A DNA stretch of 64,000 nt from a virus, in the IMG/VR virus record IMGVR_UViG_3300034031_000020, positions 1-64,000 of that record; one strand, written 5' to 3'. Below the pieces are notes generated by a model. It saw nothing but the letters and a program-made list of their open reading frames with translations. It was not told the origin of the DNA and did no database searches. The translations under genes were made by a program, and so were the position numbers. Positions 34,847-43,471 of the stretch are shown here, piece by piece. Numbering within the stretch: position 1 is the first letter of the stretch; each line of letters starts with the position of its first letter.

Positions 34847-36445
34847 TCAGTCGACCAACACCGTAGCTCGCTCGCTGCCCTGAGCGGCAGGGTTCACCTG
34901 TGCGCGCAAGACCCGATACGACAGCTCATGTGATGAGTAGATCTCCCTGTCAAGGATGAACCTGTGTGAATCGCATAGGCCCATGTGCAGGGGCTCCCCA
35001 TCATGTGGTGCCCACACGTACTCCCCCCACACCATGGCCGCACCCAGCAGTACCCACCACTGGGCCCTACCCTCACACCCTGGGTACGCACACCCCCACG
35101 GGGTGCACTCCTGGGAGAGCCTGTCGTACAGGTCCGCCCACGCGTGCTCCAGTAGCCGCCCCCCGTCACGCCCCCCACTCACCTCCTCCTCCATGAGCTG
35201 GACCCCCTGGAACCATCCCCCTCCCCGTGGGTGCACGAGGGCGAGCGCGTATCCGGGGGGCTGGACAAGGCCCCCGCCGGAGGCCCTCACCATGGGCACC
35301 ACGGGCGGGCCAGGGTAGGGCAGCCAGCACGACGCACAACACAGCTTCGTCATGCGTACGGCCTCGAACTGCACGAACCCCGGCAGACGGGGCGACGGGA
35401 CGGGGAACATCGCCGTCACGGGGACGGCGGTCGCGGTCACCCCGCAACGGGGGCAGACCCGGGCGTGCCGGAGCCGGGCGACGTCGCCCTGCGTGAACTG
35501 CTCCCACTGCGCGGGGGTGGACCCGGTCGGGATCGCGAGCCGGTACCCCTGCCGTTCCAGGGTCTGGACCGCGCGTACCGGCCACTCCTGCGGCGTCTCC
35601 GCCGGGGGCTGCGCGGTGGACAGGGCGGGCCACTCCGGGTGGCACGCGCGGCCGAGCCGGAAACCCTGGCGGTGGGCGCGCTGCGGGGTGCTCTGCGTGA
35701 TGACGATGCCGGGCGGCGGGTCGACCTCCACGATCGAGTACGTAGGTTCCCGGCGGGCGTAGGCCAGCGCGAGTCCGGCGGCGTCGAGCGCGTAGTCGAA
35801 GCCTGGCGGCAGGTCGGGTCCAGGGTAGATCCGCAGCGACTGGGACTCGGAAAGCGGCGGAGGTCGGAGGGGTTCGACCGCGTTCGGGTTGAGGACGAAG
35901 CGGTCGAGGGCGGCCTCGTACCGGCGCGCCAGTTCGCGGAACATCATCCCGATCTCGTCGCTCGCCGGGTCGGCTGTTCCGCCGCTCCGCCCGGTCGGTT
36001 GCACCTCAAGCCGCAGCGGTGCGACCTCCGTCCGGTCCGGCTCCGGGATGGCGTCAAGCTCGGCCTGTGTGACCTCGATCGGCCGGTCACTGGGGCGGAT
36101 GATGTTGTCACCGAGCCAGGACGGCGGAGGCTGTGTCCGGTCGGGTTCGAGCCCCCCGTACTCGTTGCGGTCCAGGGGGACGCCGCCGGACTGATAGTCG
36201 GCGACGACGCTCTGCCTCCACCGGTTGTCGCAACCCTCACCGCAGAACGTGTCGGCAGGCGACAGCCGGTCGGGGATCGGCTGGCCGCACCATACGCACA
36301 GATGTTCGCCGAGGCGCCGGTCAATCTCCGATTGTGGAAGCTCCCTCCCGGAAGCGGTTGTCCAGTCCCGGTCCAGTAGCCATGTCTGACGGGCCGTCGT
36401 GCGACGGGGCAGGCCCCCGTCGCGGAGCTGGTCGTCTGTGGTCAT
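34847..36445 (-). CDS. hypothetical protein with several Cys-pair (zinc) motifs
   Basis: CVWCG..FCGEGC, CPRCG..CCASC, CAYPGC..LCDSH; SD GAGG. Confidence 0.75.
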   Translation of the reverse strand: MTTDDQLRDGGLPRRTTARQTWLLDRDWTTASGRELPQSEIDRRLGEHLCVWCGQPIPDRLSPADTFCGEGCDNRWRQSVVADYQSGGVPLDRNEYGGLEPDRTQPPPSWLGDNIIRPSDRPIEVTQAELDAIPEPDRTEVAPLRLEVQPTGRSGGTADPASDEIGMMFRELARRYEAALDRFVLNPNAVEPLRPPPLSESQSLRIYPGPDLPPGFDYALDAAGLALAYARREPTYSIVEVDPPPGIVITQSTPQRAHRQGFRLGRACHPEWPALSTAQPPAETPQEWPVRAVQTLERQGYRLAIPTGSTPAQWEQFTQGDVARLRHARVCPRCGVTATAVPVTAMFPVPSPRLPGFVQFEAVRMTKLCCASCWLPYPGPPVVPMVRASGGGLVQPPGYALALVHPRGGGWFQGVQLMEEEVSGGRDGGRLLEHAWADLYDRLSQECTPWGCAYPGCEGRAQWWVLLGAAMVWGEYVWAPHDGEPLHMGLCDSHRFILDREIYSSHELSYRVLRAQVNPAAQGSERATVLVD

Positions 36446-36541
36446 CGTGGGGTCCTCTGGTCGCGGCGGCAGTGATCGAAGTGTATAGATCGGCGGCCAC
36501 GGCCCTGAGGTCGTGGCCGCCGGGTGCTGCGGGTGCTGTGG

Positions 36542-36907
36542 TCAGGCCGTGCTGTAGGGGTGGCGCCGACGCTGGCGGGGCGTCTCGACCCGGTTGATGG
36601 CGTGCTGGCGGATCTTCGCGGCGTCGTCGGGCGCCGGTTGGGCGTGGGTGTGGGTCACGTGGTGGTCGGACAGTTTTACGAGCGGTAGCCGGTTGAGGTA
36701 CGGGGCCAGCCAGGCGCGCTTCCCGCCCTTGCGGGCGTCGAGGACGTCACCGCCGTGACGCAGGCACAGCACCATTTTCTGACCGGGCTGGTACTCGCGC
36801 CCGGCGAACTCCCCGCCGAGGGCGTACAGCACGACCCGGCCGGGTTCGGTGCACCGGTGTTTGAGGGTGACGACGCAGGGTGTGACGTCGTCGGAGGGGA
36901 TGACCAT
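36542..36907 (-). CDS. hypothetical protein
   Basis: TGATG coupling, SD AAGGA. Confidence 0.6.
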   Translation of the reverse strand: MVIPSDDVTPCVVTLKHRCTEPGRVVLYALGGEFAGREYQPGQKMVLCLRHGGDVLDARKGGKRAWLAPYLNRLPLVKLSDHHVTHTHAQPAPDDAAKIRQHAINRVETPRQRRRHPYSTA

Positions 36908-37116
36908 CAGTGGTCCTTCCGGGGGTCGACCGTGACGGACTGCCCGTCGTAGGTCATGTGGATCGGGGTGTGTGACCGGAACGCGTCGGCGACCTCGGAG
37001 GTGAGCTCACCGACGAACTCGCCGGTCGACGAGTCGAAGACGTAGATCTTCGACGTCCGGTTAGCGACCTCGATGGGTTCCGTGTAGCGGGTGAGGGTGT
37101 GCGCGGCGTCAGGCAC
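36907..37116 (-). CDS. hypothetical protein
   Basis: GTG after SD GGAGG, coupled chain. Confidence 0.55.
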   Translation of the reverse strand: MPDAAHTLTRYTEPIEVANRTSKIYVFDSSTGEFVGELTSEVADAFRSHTPIHMTYDGQSVTVDPRKDH

Positions 37117-37630
37117 TGGGACCGCCTCCGACTCGCCCTGCGTAGTCGATGTGCGGCTGACCGGCGACGCACATCGCGCCGCAGTACGTGCAGTGGTATT
37201 GGCCGAGCGGCGCGCCGACGAGCTGTTGCGGGTCCCACGGCCACGGGCACCGTTCGCCCTCCTCGTTGAGGGGGGCGATAATGTCGGTCCGGTCGGCCAG
37301 GTTGAGACCAACCGCGCTGGACGGCCGGATGTCCTGCCAGTGGCTCCGGTCGGTGTTGGCCCATCTCCAGAGGGAGGTCCGGACGCGCTCGCCGGGGGCC
37401 TCCATGATGATGGTGGGGTCGGTGTTGGTCCTGAACGGTGCGTCCTGGCCGTACAGGTTCACGGAGTAGGTCTCGGTGGGGGTCAGGCGGTCGAGGACCT
37501 GCCGGACCGCGTATCGGATCAGGTCGCGGTCGCCTTCGAGCCGGGCGTAGACCACGTCTCGGACACCGGCGGCCCGGTCCTCGTCGTTGCGGATGTGGCG
37601 CTCGACGATGACGAGGAAGAACGTCTTCAT
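37109..37630 (-). CDS. hypothetical protein with C-terminal YHCTYCG zinc motif
   Basis: SD GAAAGG, ATG 37630. Confidence 0.7.
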   Translation of the reverse strand: MKTFFLVIVERHIRNDEDRAAGVRDVVYARLEGDRDLIRYAVRQVLDRLTPTETYSVNLYGQDAPFRTNTDPTIIMEAPGERVRTSLWRWANTDRSHWQDIRPSSAVGLNLADRTDIIAPLNEEGERCPWPWDPQQLVGAPLGQYHCTYCGAMCVAGQPHIDYAGRVGGGPSA

Positions 37631-37632
37631 GG

Positions 37633-37920
37633 TCAGCCTTTCCCGGGGGTACACAGGGATGGGAGGACGATCTGGATCTCGTCGAGCCCGCGCTGGATCA
37701 GGTCGACGGGCTGACCGAGCAGGGTTTGCGTGCTCGGGTGCCCCCCGAATCCGCCCCCCTCGTGCCAGTCGCCCGCGAAGTCGGGGGACCGCTTGATCCG
37801 CTCCCACAGGCGGGTGGGGATGCGCCACCGGCTACGGTGCCGGTGCTGTGTCGCGATGGTGGACAGGTCGTCGAACAGGTGTCGTCGGCAGGGGGTCCAG
37901 GTGGTGTCGTCGGCAGTCAT
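37633..37920 (-). CDS. hypothetical protein
   Basis: SD AAAGGA. Confidence 0.6.
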   Translation of the reverse strand: MTADDTTWTPCRRHLFDDLSTIATQHRHRSRWRIPTRLWERIKRSPDFAGDWHEGGGFGGHPSTQTLLGQPVDLIQRGLDEIQIVLPSLCTPGKG

Positions 37921-37934
37921 GGTCCTTTTCCCGG

Positions 37935-38342
37935 TCATATCTGGCCCTGGCCGGACTCCGGCAGGGTCGAACGGCGGCGGCCCCGGGCTTTGTTGAAGTC
38001 CTCGGCGCACACCCTGTGACATGGCACTCCTTTCGGTGACAGCATCATGGCGGGTTTCGTGCACATCACGCACGGTTGCGGTTTCCACGCCCTGGCCTGG
38101 CTCCACCCGTCGTCCTGGGTGAGGATGAACTCGTAGTCCACCCCCACCGGGTCCGGCGCGGTCAGCCCGTGGGCGTCGGGGTCCGGCGGCGGCGGTGGGT
38201 CGCTGAGCCTCCAGTACGTGAGGCTGTTCGGGCAGAGTTGGCAGGACGGCAGGTTCCCGGCGCCCTCGCATACCCGCTGGTCGTAGGCGACGACCGCCCC
38301 GCCGAACCCTCGGCTCGGTTCCATGTGGCACCGGGCGCTCAT
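37935..38342 (-). CDS. hypothetical Cys-rich protein
   Basis: CQLCP, CVMC, CHRVC; ATGA overlap. Confidence 0.6.
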   Translation of the reverse strand: MSARCHMEPSRGFGGAVVAYDQRVCEGAGNLPSCQLCPNSLTYWRLSDPPPPPDPDAHGLTAPDPVGVDYEFILTQDDGWSQARAWKPQPCVMCTKPAMMLSPKGVPCHRVCAEDFNKARGRRRSTLPESGQGQI

Positions 38343-38590
38343 GACCACGCCGGAGGACTGTGGCGCCAGGTGTTCGGCGGGTCGGCGGCGTCGGGCCGTA
38401 GCCAGGCCGCGACGCCCGCCGGGTCGGTGACTCCCTGCGTGGCGTAGATGTCGTTCGCGTGCGGCCAGCACACGGCGAAGGTGTCGCCGGGACTCCAGTC
38501 CTGTCCGGCGAGTCGGCCCGTCTCTGCGGCGGTGAACACAGCCTCTCCGGCCCGCTCGCATCCGGGGGCGATGCATCCGGTGGTTGTCAT
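38339..38590 (-). CDS. hypothetical protein
   Basis: ATGA overlap, SD GGAGG. Confidence 0.6.
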   Translation of the reverse strand: MTTTGCIAPGCERAGEAVFTAAETGRLAGQDWSPGDTFAVCWPHANDIYATQGVTDPAGVAAWLRPDAADPPNTWRHSPPAWS

Positions 38591-38829
38591 GCCCTCCCGC
38601 GCTTCCTGTGCTCGATGTTCTGGTGGGCGTCGCGGGCCTCGGGGGTCGGGGCCCACCACAGGCACTCCGGGCATTGCAGGTCGACGGCGGTCGCCGGTGA
38701 TGACGCCCGCAGGGTTTTCCCCCACTGCCAAGGCCATTGGTTCGTGGCGAGCAGCGCGGACACCCCGGCGAGGATGATGACGCCCGCGACGAGTCCCAGG
38801 ATCGTGGACACCCAGTCAGCCGCGCTCAC
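38587..38829 (-). CDS. small membrane protein with CPEC motif
   Basis: N-terminal TM, SD GGAGG. Confidence 0.6.
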   Translation of the reverse strand: MSAADWVSTILGLVAGVIILAGVSALLATNQWPWQWGKTLRASSPATAVDLQCPECLWWAPTPEARDAHQNIEHRKRGRA

Positions 38830-39106
38830 GGCGGGCCTCCCGCTGCCGGGCGGCGAGCTCTTCCGCGTCAAGCTCAGCCATGTACGCGTCCCGGTCGAAC
38901 GGCCCGCACTCGACGGGTTCGATGGTGACGCAGCGGCGCAGGACCGGGTCGTGCAGGTACGGGACGAGTTCCTCGGCGGCGGCGTACAGGGCACCGGCGT
39001 GGGTCCAGAACCGGCGCGGGGAGATGTAGGGGCCCTCGGAGGTGCCGTCGGGCAGGGTGAAGGTGAAGGCGGTCCCCCACCGGCGGCGCGGCCAACGGAT
39101 CCTCAT
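38816..39106 (-). CDS. hypothetical protein
   Basis: SD GAGG, ATGA overlap. Confidence 0.6.
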   Translation of the reverse strand: MRIRWPRRRWGTAFTFTLPDGTSEGPYISPRRFWTHAGALYAAAEELVPYLHDPVLRRCVTIEPVECGPFDRDAYMAELDAEELAARQREARRERG

Positions 39107-39360
39107 GGCCTCTCCTCGTATCCGGCGGGGAACGGCGGGATCGGACTGTCCGTGACGACGACCCCGGTGGGGTGGGCGCGCAGGGCGGGCGGGATGTCCT
39201 CGCTGGCCCCGACCTCCGGCCACCCCGAGATGTCGATCCCCGACGGGTCCGGGTGATCGTCGGCGGGCGGGCGCGGTGCGCAGAAGTAGGCCCACGACCC
39301 GTCGGCGAGCTGCGACCACCACTCGTCGAGGGCCGGACGGTCGTTGTCCGGCCGAGTCAC
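39103..39360 (-). CDS. hypothetical protein
   Basis: GTGA overlap chain. Confidence 0.55.
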   Translation of the reverse strand: MTRPDNDRPALDEWWSQLADGSWAYFCAPRPPADDHPDPSGIDISGWPEVGASEDIPPALRAHPTGVVVTDSPIPPFPAGYEERP

Positions 39361-39626
39361 CGAGCACCCCCCAGGGGTGCCGAGGTGAGGGCGACGGGGG
39401 TTTCGGCCGGGCGCCGGGCGACGGAGGTCCCCCGGTGCTGGCAGGGGCACCGGTCGCCGCACTCGGCGTGGAGCTTGACGACGGCGGCGGCGACGGCGAG
39501 TGCGAACACCCCCTCCTCACCGTCGAGCCCCTCACGGCCATACCAGGGGTCGTCGTAGTCGCGGGTGAACAGGTCGGTCGCCGCTACCGTGAGATCGGCG
39601 GCGGTCTTACAGTTCAGGCACAGCAT
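39357..39626 (-). CDS. hypothetical protein (CxxC...CxxxCxCxH)
   Basis: First gene of the leftward operon, SD AAGGA. Confidence 0.65.
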   Translation of the reverse strand: MLCLNCKTAADLTVAATDLFTRDYDDPWYGREGLDGEEGVFALAVAAAVVKLHAECGDRCPCQHRGTSVARRPAETPVALTSAPLGGAR

Positions 39627-39691
39627 GGCGTGTCCTTGGCGTGTCGGCAGGGATGGTGCTTACCACCAGAGTATGACGGGAGCTGGGTTTT

Positions 39692-40591
39692 GTGGAGAGG
39701 GTAATCGTCAGGGAACATTTACCGTCGCATCCTCGTCTAGGTCGGAACGTGAACCACGACTCGGCGAGCCGTACCTACAGAGTGGCCCCCCTGCGGTCCC
39801 TCGCCGACCTCGGTCCCGTCCGGCACGCCGCGCAGATCCCCGTCCTCGATCAGGGCGCCCTCGGGTCGTGCACGGGGAACAGTGGCGTCGCGGCCATCTA
39901 CCGGGCCCCGTTCGTCGCCGGTGTCGTGAAGCCGTGGAGCTACCCGGCCACCCAGGACGGCGCGGTGAGCCTCTACAGCGACGCGACCGCGCTGGACCCG
40001 TTCCAGGGCACCTACCCGCCTGACGACACCGGCTCCGACGGCCTGTCCATCGCCAAGGCGCTCAAGGCGAAAGGGATCATCTCCGGCTACCTGTGGGCGT
40101 TCAGCATCGAGGAAGCGCTGGGTCAGCTCATGAAGACGCCCCTGATCACGGGGGTGCCCTGGTACCACAGCATGTTCGAGACCACCTCGCAGGGCCGCGC
40201 CGGACATGTCCGCATCGACAAGGCGTCAGGGATGGCCGGTGGTCATGAGATCTGCGTCGACGAACTGATCCCGGTGGGTGCCGACTTCATGCAGTGGTAC
40301 GTGGGTGGCCCGAACTCGTGGGGGACGTCATGGGGTGACGGTGGCCGCTGGTACTGGACGGTCGCGGAGTGGAAGTGGTTGCTCGACCAGCGCGGTGACG
40401 TGACCGCGTTCGTCGCGAAGACGCAACCCACCCCCGACCCGACCCCGGCGCCTGACGGTGACGCCGTCACGGTGGCGGGTGACAAGCTGTGGGCGGCCAC
40501 GCGGGTGTGGGCGGGCGCCCCGCACACCGGGTCGAACGCGAAGGCGGCCACCTCGGTTCGCCGGTGGGCCCGGGAGACGGGTCGCGCGTGA
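39692..40591 (+). CDS. papain-like (C1) cysteine peptidase
   Basis: LDQGALGSCTGN (Gln, Cys), GGHEI (His), NSWGTSWG (Asn). Confidence 0.88.
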   Translation: MERVIVREHLPSHPRLGRNVNHDSASRTYRVAPLRSLADLGPVRHAAQIPVLDQGALGSCTGNSGVAAIYRAPFVAGVVKPWSYPATQDGAVSLYSDATALDPFQGTYPPDDTGSDGLSIAKALKAKGIISGYLWAFSIEEALGQLMKTPLITGVPWYHSMFETTSQGRAGHVRIDKASGMAGGHEICVDELIPVGADFMQWYVGGPNSWGTSWGDGGRWYWTVAEWKWLLDQRGDVTAFVAKTQPTPDPTPAPDGDAVTVAGDKLWAATRVWAGAPHTGSNAKAATSVRRWARETGRA

Positions 40592-41061
40592 ACGTCGTCG
40601 TGCCGGGTCCGGCGGCGGTGCGGGTGACGCCGTGGCGCGGATACCGGGCGTACCTGTCCAGGCCGCACGACGGTGACTCGTTCTGGGTCGTGTACGACGC
40701 CGGGTGTGATGTGCGGGTCGAGCCGGAGCTTCGGCTGGCTGACGTCAGCGCGCCGGAGCTGCTCATCCGGATCCCCCGGGGCGCGCAGCCCGGCGCGGTG
40801 GAGGCGACGAGCTTCGTCAACGACTGGATGACGGTCGCGGCGTCGGCGGCAGGTGGGCGCCGGTGGCCGCTGTGGATCGAGACGGCGATGACGTCGACGC
40901 TGGAACCGAACGAGCGGTGGACGTTCCGCCGGGTCGTCGCGAAGGTGTGGCGGGTCGTGGACTGCCCGTCGTGGGGCCTGCCCCCGGCGGACACGTTGTC
41001 ACTGAACGCGGCCGTCCAGACGTACCTCTCCGGTCACCCCGAATGGCCACCGGGCCAGTGA
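40588..41061 (+). CDS. thermonuclease (SNase)-like protein
   Basis: HDGDSF...LRLADVSAPEL; GTGA overlap. Confidence 0.75.
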   Translation: MNVVVPGPAAVRVTPWRGYRAYLSRPHDGDSFWVVYDAGCDVRVEPELRLADVSAPELLIRIPRGAQPGAVEATSFVNDWMTVAASAAGGRRWPLWIETAMTSTLEPNERWTFRRVVAKVWRVVDCPSWGLPPADTLSLNAAVQTYLSGHPEWPPGQ

Positions 41062-41163
41062 TCTACTTACCGGGTGAGCTGACCGAGGTCCTGTTCACGG
41101 TTGCGCTGGTGTCTGCCAGCGCGGCCGTGCCCGCGCTGGTCGACTGGATCTGGGGAGGCGACC

Positions 41164-41544
41164 ATGACGGCTGAACCGCGCGAGCCCGGCGAGGTGGAGA
41201 AGGCCGTGGAGACCGACCTGGCCGGGATCGACCGGCTCGGTACCGGCAAGGTCTTCCTCGCGGCGAGCGCGAGGAAGTTGGCCAGGGCGATCGACGCCCG
41301 GGGTGACGACGAGGCGCCGTCGGCGCTGGCGAAGGCGGTCGACTCCCTATTCAAGGTCATGGCGGCCCTGATGGCGAAGGATGGGACAGGCCATGACGAC
41401 CTCAAACAGCTCCAAGGGCTCTTCGGCAGTCCTGACGCAGGAAGCTCTTCGGTGTCCCCCGCGCTTCGGTACCCGCCGGAGCCTGGACCGGCCAACGGTC
41501 GGACCCGCAATCGCCAAGGTCGCAAGGGCGCTCGACCCGAGTAA
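41164..41544 (+). CDS. terS: terminase small subunit
   Basis: Small helical protein (ARKLARAID) directly upstream of and overlapping terL. Confidence 0.7.
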   Translation: MTAEPREPGEVEKAVETDLAGIDRLGTGKVFLAASARKLARAIDARGDDEAPSALAKAVDSLFKVMAALMAKDGTGHDDLKQLQGLFGSPDAGSSSVSPALRYPPEPGPANGRTRNRQGRKGARPE

Positions 41545-43042
41545 GGAATCCCTACCCCACCAGCGGTACATGTACGACGTGATCGGCGAACTGGACCCGG
41601 AGACCGGGCTGTTCGCGTACGACGACGTCACCCTAGTCGGGCCCCGGCAGGTCACCGGGAAGACCGAGTTCCTGTTGCCCCTGATGGCGTGGAGGTGCAC
41701 CGGCCTCGGACATGAGGTCGTCGAGTTCGCGCGGCGGGAGTTCGGCATCGACGTCCCCGAGCCGGGACCACAGAAAGTCATGTACACGGCGCAGCGGGCG
41801 GAGGACGCCCGGCAGAAGTGGCGGGACGTCCACGTCGAGCGGATCAAAGAGTCCCCGATGCGGGCGCTGTGGTCGAAGCCGCCCCGGCTCCGGCTCGCCG
41901 CTGAGGCCATGTTCTGGCGCAACGGGTCCGTGTGGGTGCCGGGTTCGACGACGGGGAAGTCCGCCGGTACCGGTGACCAGCTCGACCTCGGCGTCATCGA
42001 TGAGATGTGGGCGCAGACGGACGGCGGGACGGAGATCGGGATGCGCCCGACGATGCTGACCCGGCCGTGGCGGCAGTTGGTCCGGGCCAGCATGGTCCCG
42101 GGCCTGTCGCGGGTGGCGCCGGAGAAGTGGGCGTACATGCGGCAGAAGATGTCCGCCGGGCGCGCGAAGGTCGAAGCGGACCTGCGGCACGGTTCGGCGT
42201 ACTTCGAGTGGTCGGCGCCGCCGGACGCGGCGCCGTCGGACCCGGACACGTGGTGGAACTGTATGCCCGCCCTGGGGTACACGGTGCCGTTGAAGAACGT
42301 CCAGTCGGACTTCGACGACCTCGACCTGATCGACTTCTGCGCGGAGTATCTGGGCTGGCCACCGACCGGCGCGCTACCCATGTGGAGCGTCATCTCGGAG
42401 CAGACGTGGGCGGACCTGTGGCACCCGGGCCGGTATCAGGAACCCATCGCGATCGGGGTCGACTCGAACCCGGAACTGACCGTTGCGTCGCTGGGGATGG
42501 CCGCGCAGTGCACCGACGGCGGGGACATCCACCTGGAGCTAATTGATCGCAGGGCTGGCGTCAACTGGCTCGTAGAGGCGATCCTGTCCATATGCAGGTC
42601 ACAACCCGTGTGCGCGGTCGGCATCGACCGCAACGGTCCGTTAGCGGGCATTGTGCGACCGTTGCAGCGTGCGGCGGAGGAGCAGCGGCTGGACATCACC
42701 ATCGCCGGGAACCACGAACAGGGCCTGAACTCGGCCGAGGTCGCGGCGGCGTGCGCGCAGCTCTACAACGAGACAGGGGAGCACGATGACGATGATCCCG
42801 AGGCCGAGGCGGCGACCCTTCGCCGTGTGCGTCACATCGGCCAGGAGGAGCTCACAGCGGCCGTCGGCGGCGCGGTCCGGCACTACCAGGGGGACCGGTG
42901 GCGGTGGCACCGGGCGGGGTCCGCTATCGACGTCTCCCCTCTGTACTCGGTCACTCTGGCGCGAGCTGCGGGTGAGGCTGAGGAGTGGATGGGCGGCGCC
43001 TATGACATCACTACCTCCCTCGGTGGGGCTGTTCGCCAGTGA
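41393..43042 (+). CDS. terL: terminase large subunit
   Basis: PHQ, GPRQVTGKT Walker A, VIDE Walker B, WWNCMPALG, nuclease GVD. Confidence 0.93.
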   Translation: MTTSNSSKGSSAVLTQEALRCPPRFGTRRSLDRPTVGPAIAKVARALDPSKESLPHQRYMYDVIGELDPETGLFAYDDVTLVGPRQVTGKTEFLLPLMAWRCTGLGHEVVEFARREFGIDVPEPGPQKVMYTAQRAEDARQKWRDVHVERIKESPMRALWSKPPRLRLAAEAMFWRNGSVWVPGSTTGKSAGTGDQLDLGVIDEMWAQTDGGTEIGMRPTMLTRPWRQLVRASMVPGLSRVAPEKWAYMRQKMSAGRAKVEADLRHGSAYFEWSAPPDAAPSDPDTWWNCMPALGYTVPLKNVQSDFDDLDLIDFCAEYLGWPPTGALPMWSVISEQTWADLWHPGRYQEPIAIGVDSNPELTVASLGMAAQCTDGGDIHLELIDRRAGVNWLVEAILSICRSQPVCAVGIDRNGPLAGIVRPLQRAAEEQRLDITIAGNHEQGLNSAEVAAACAQLYNETGEHDDDDPEAEAATLRRVRHIGQEELTAAVGGAVRHYQGDRWRWHRAGSAIDVSPLYSVTLARAAGEAEEWMGGAYDITTSLGGAVRQ

Positions 43043-43126
43043 CGCGGCCCGGGTCCGGGTCGGATATGGCCTCGCCCCGATCTATCTCCCCCCGCCGCCG
43101 GTGTCGATCCTCTCCATGTTGACGAC

Positions 43127-43471
43127 ATGACGTCACCGACGGTCGGCCGTATCCCCGCCGAGATGACGCCCGCTACCGAGCTGGTCGAGGTCGAACCCGC
43201 CGAGACGGTGAAAGAGCACGTGTCGACGCTGCTCTCCAACGTCGCGATCCTGGCGATGGTCGTCGGCCTGACCTGGGGCCTGTGGTCGCACCTCGGCCCG
43301 TGGGCGCTGTGCGCCGGGGGTTTCGCGCTGGCCGTCCTGGTGAGCGTCACCGACTTCGCCCGTCGGCCCCAGCTACTCCCCGAGGCCGAGCCCGCCCCAC
43401 CGCCGAAGGGCCCTCCGGGGCCGACGTCGGCGGGCAACCTCCACACGAAGGGACCGGGTGCTGAGTCATGA
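43127..43471 (+). CDS. small membrane protein upstream of portal
   Basis: Two TM segments; CATGTT -10 6 nt upstream. Confidence 0.7.
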   Translation: MTSPTVGRIPAEMTPATELVEVEPAETVKEHVSTLLSNVAILAMVVGLTWGLWSHLGPWALCAGGFALAVLVSVTDFARRPQLLPEAEPAPPPKGPPGPTSAGNLHTKGPGAES

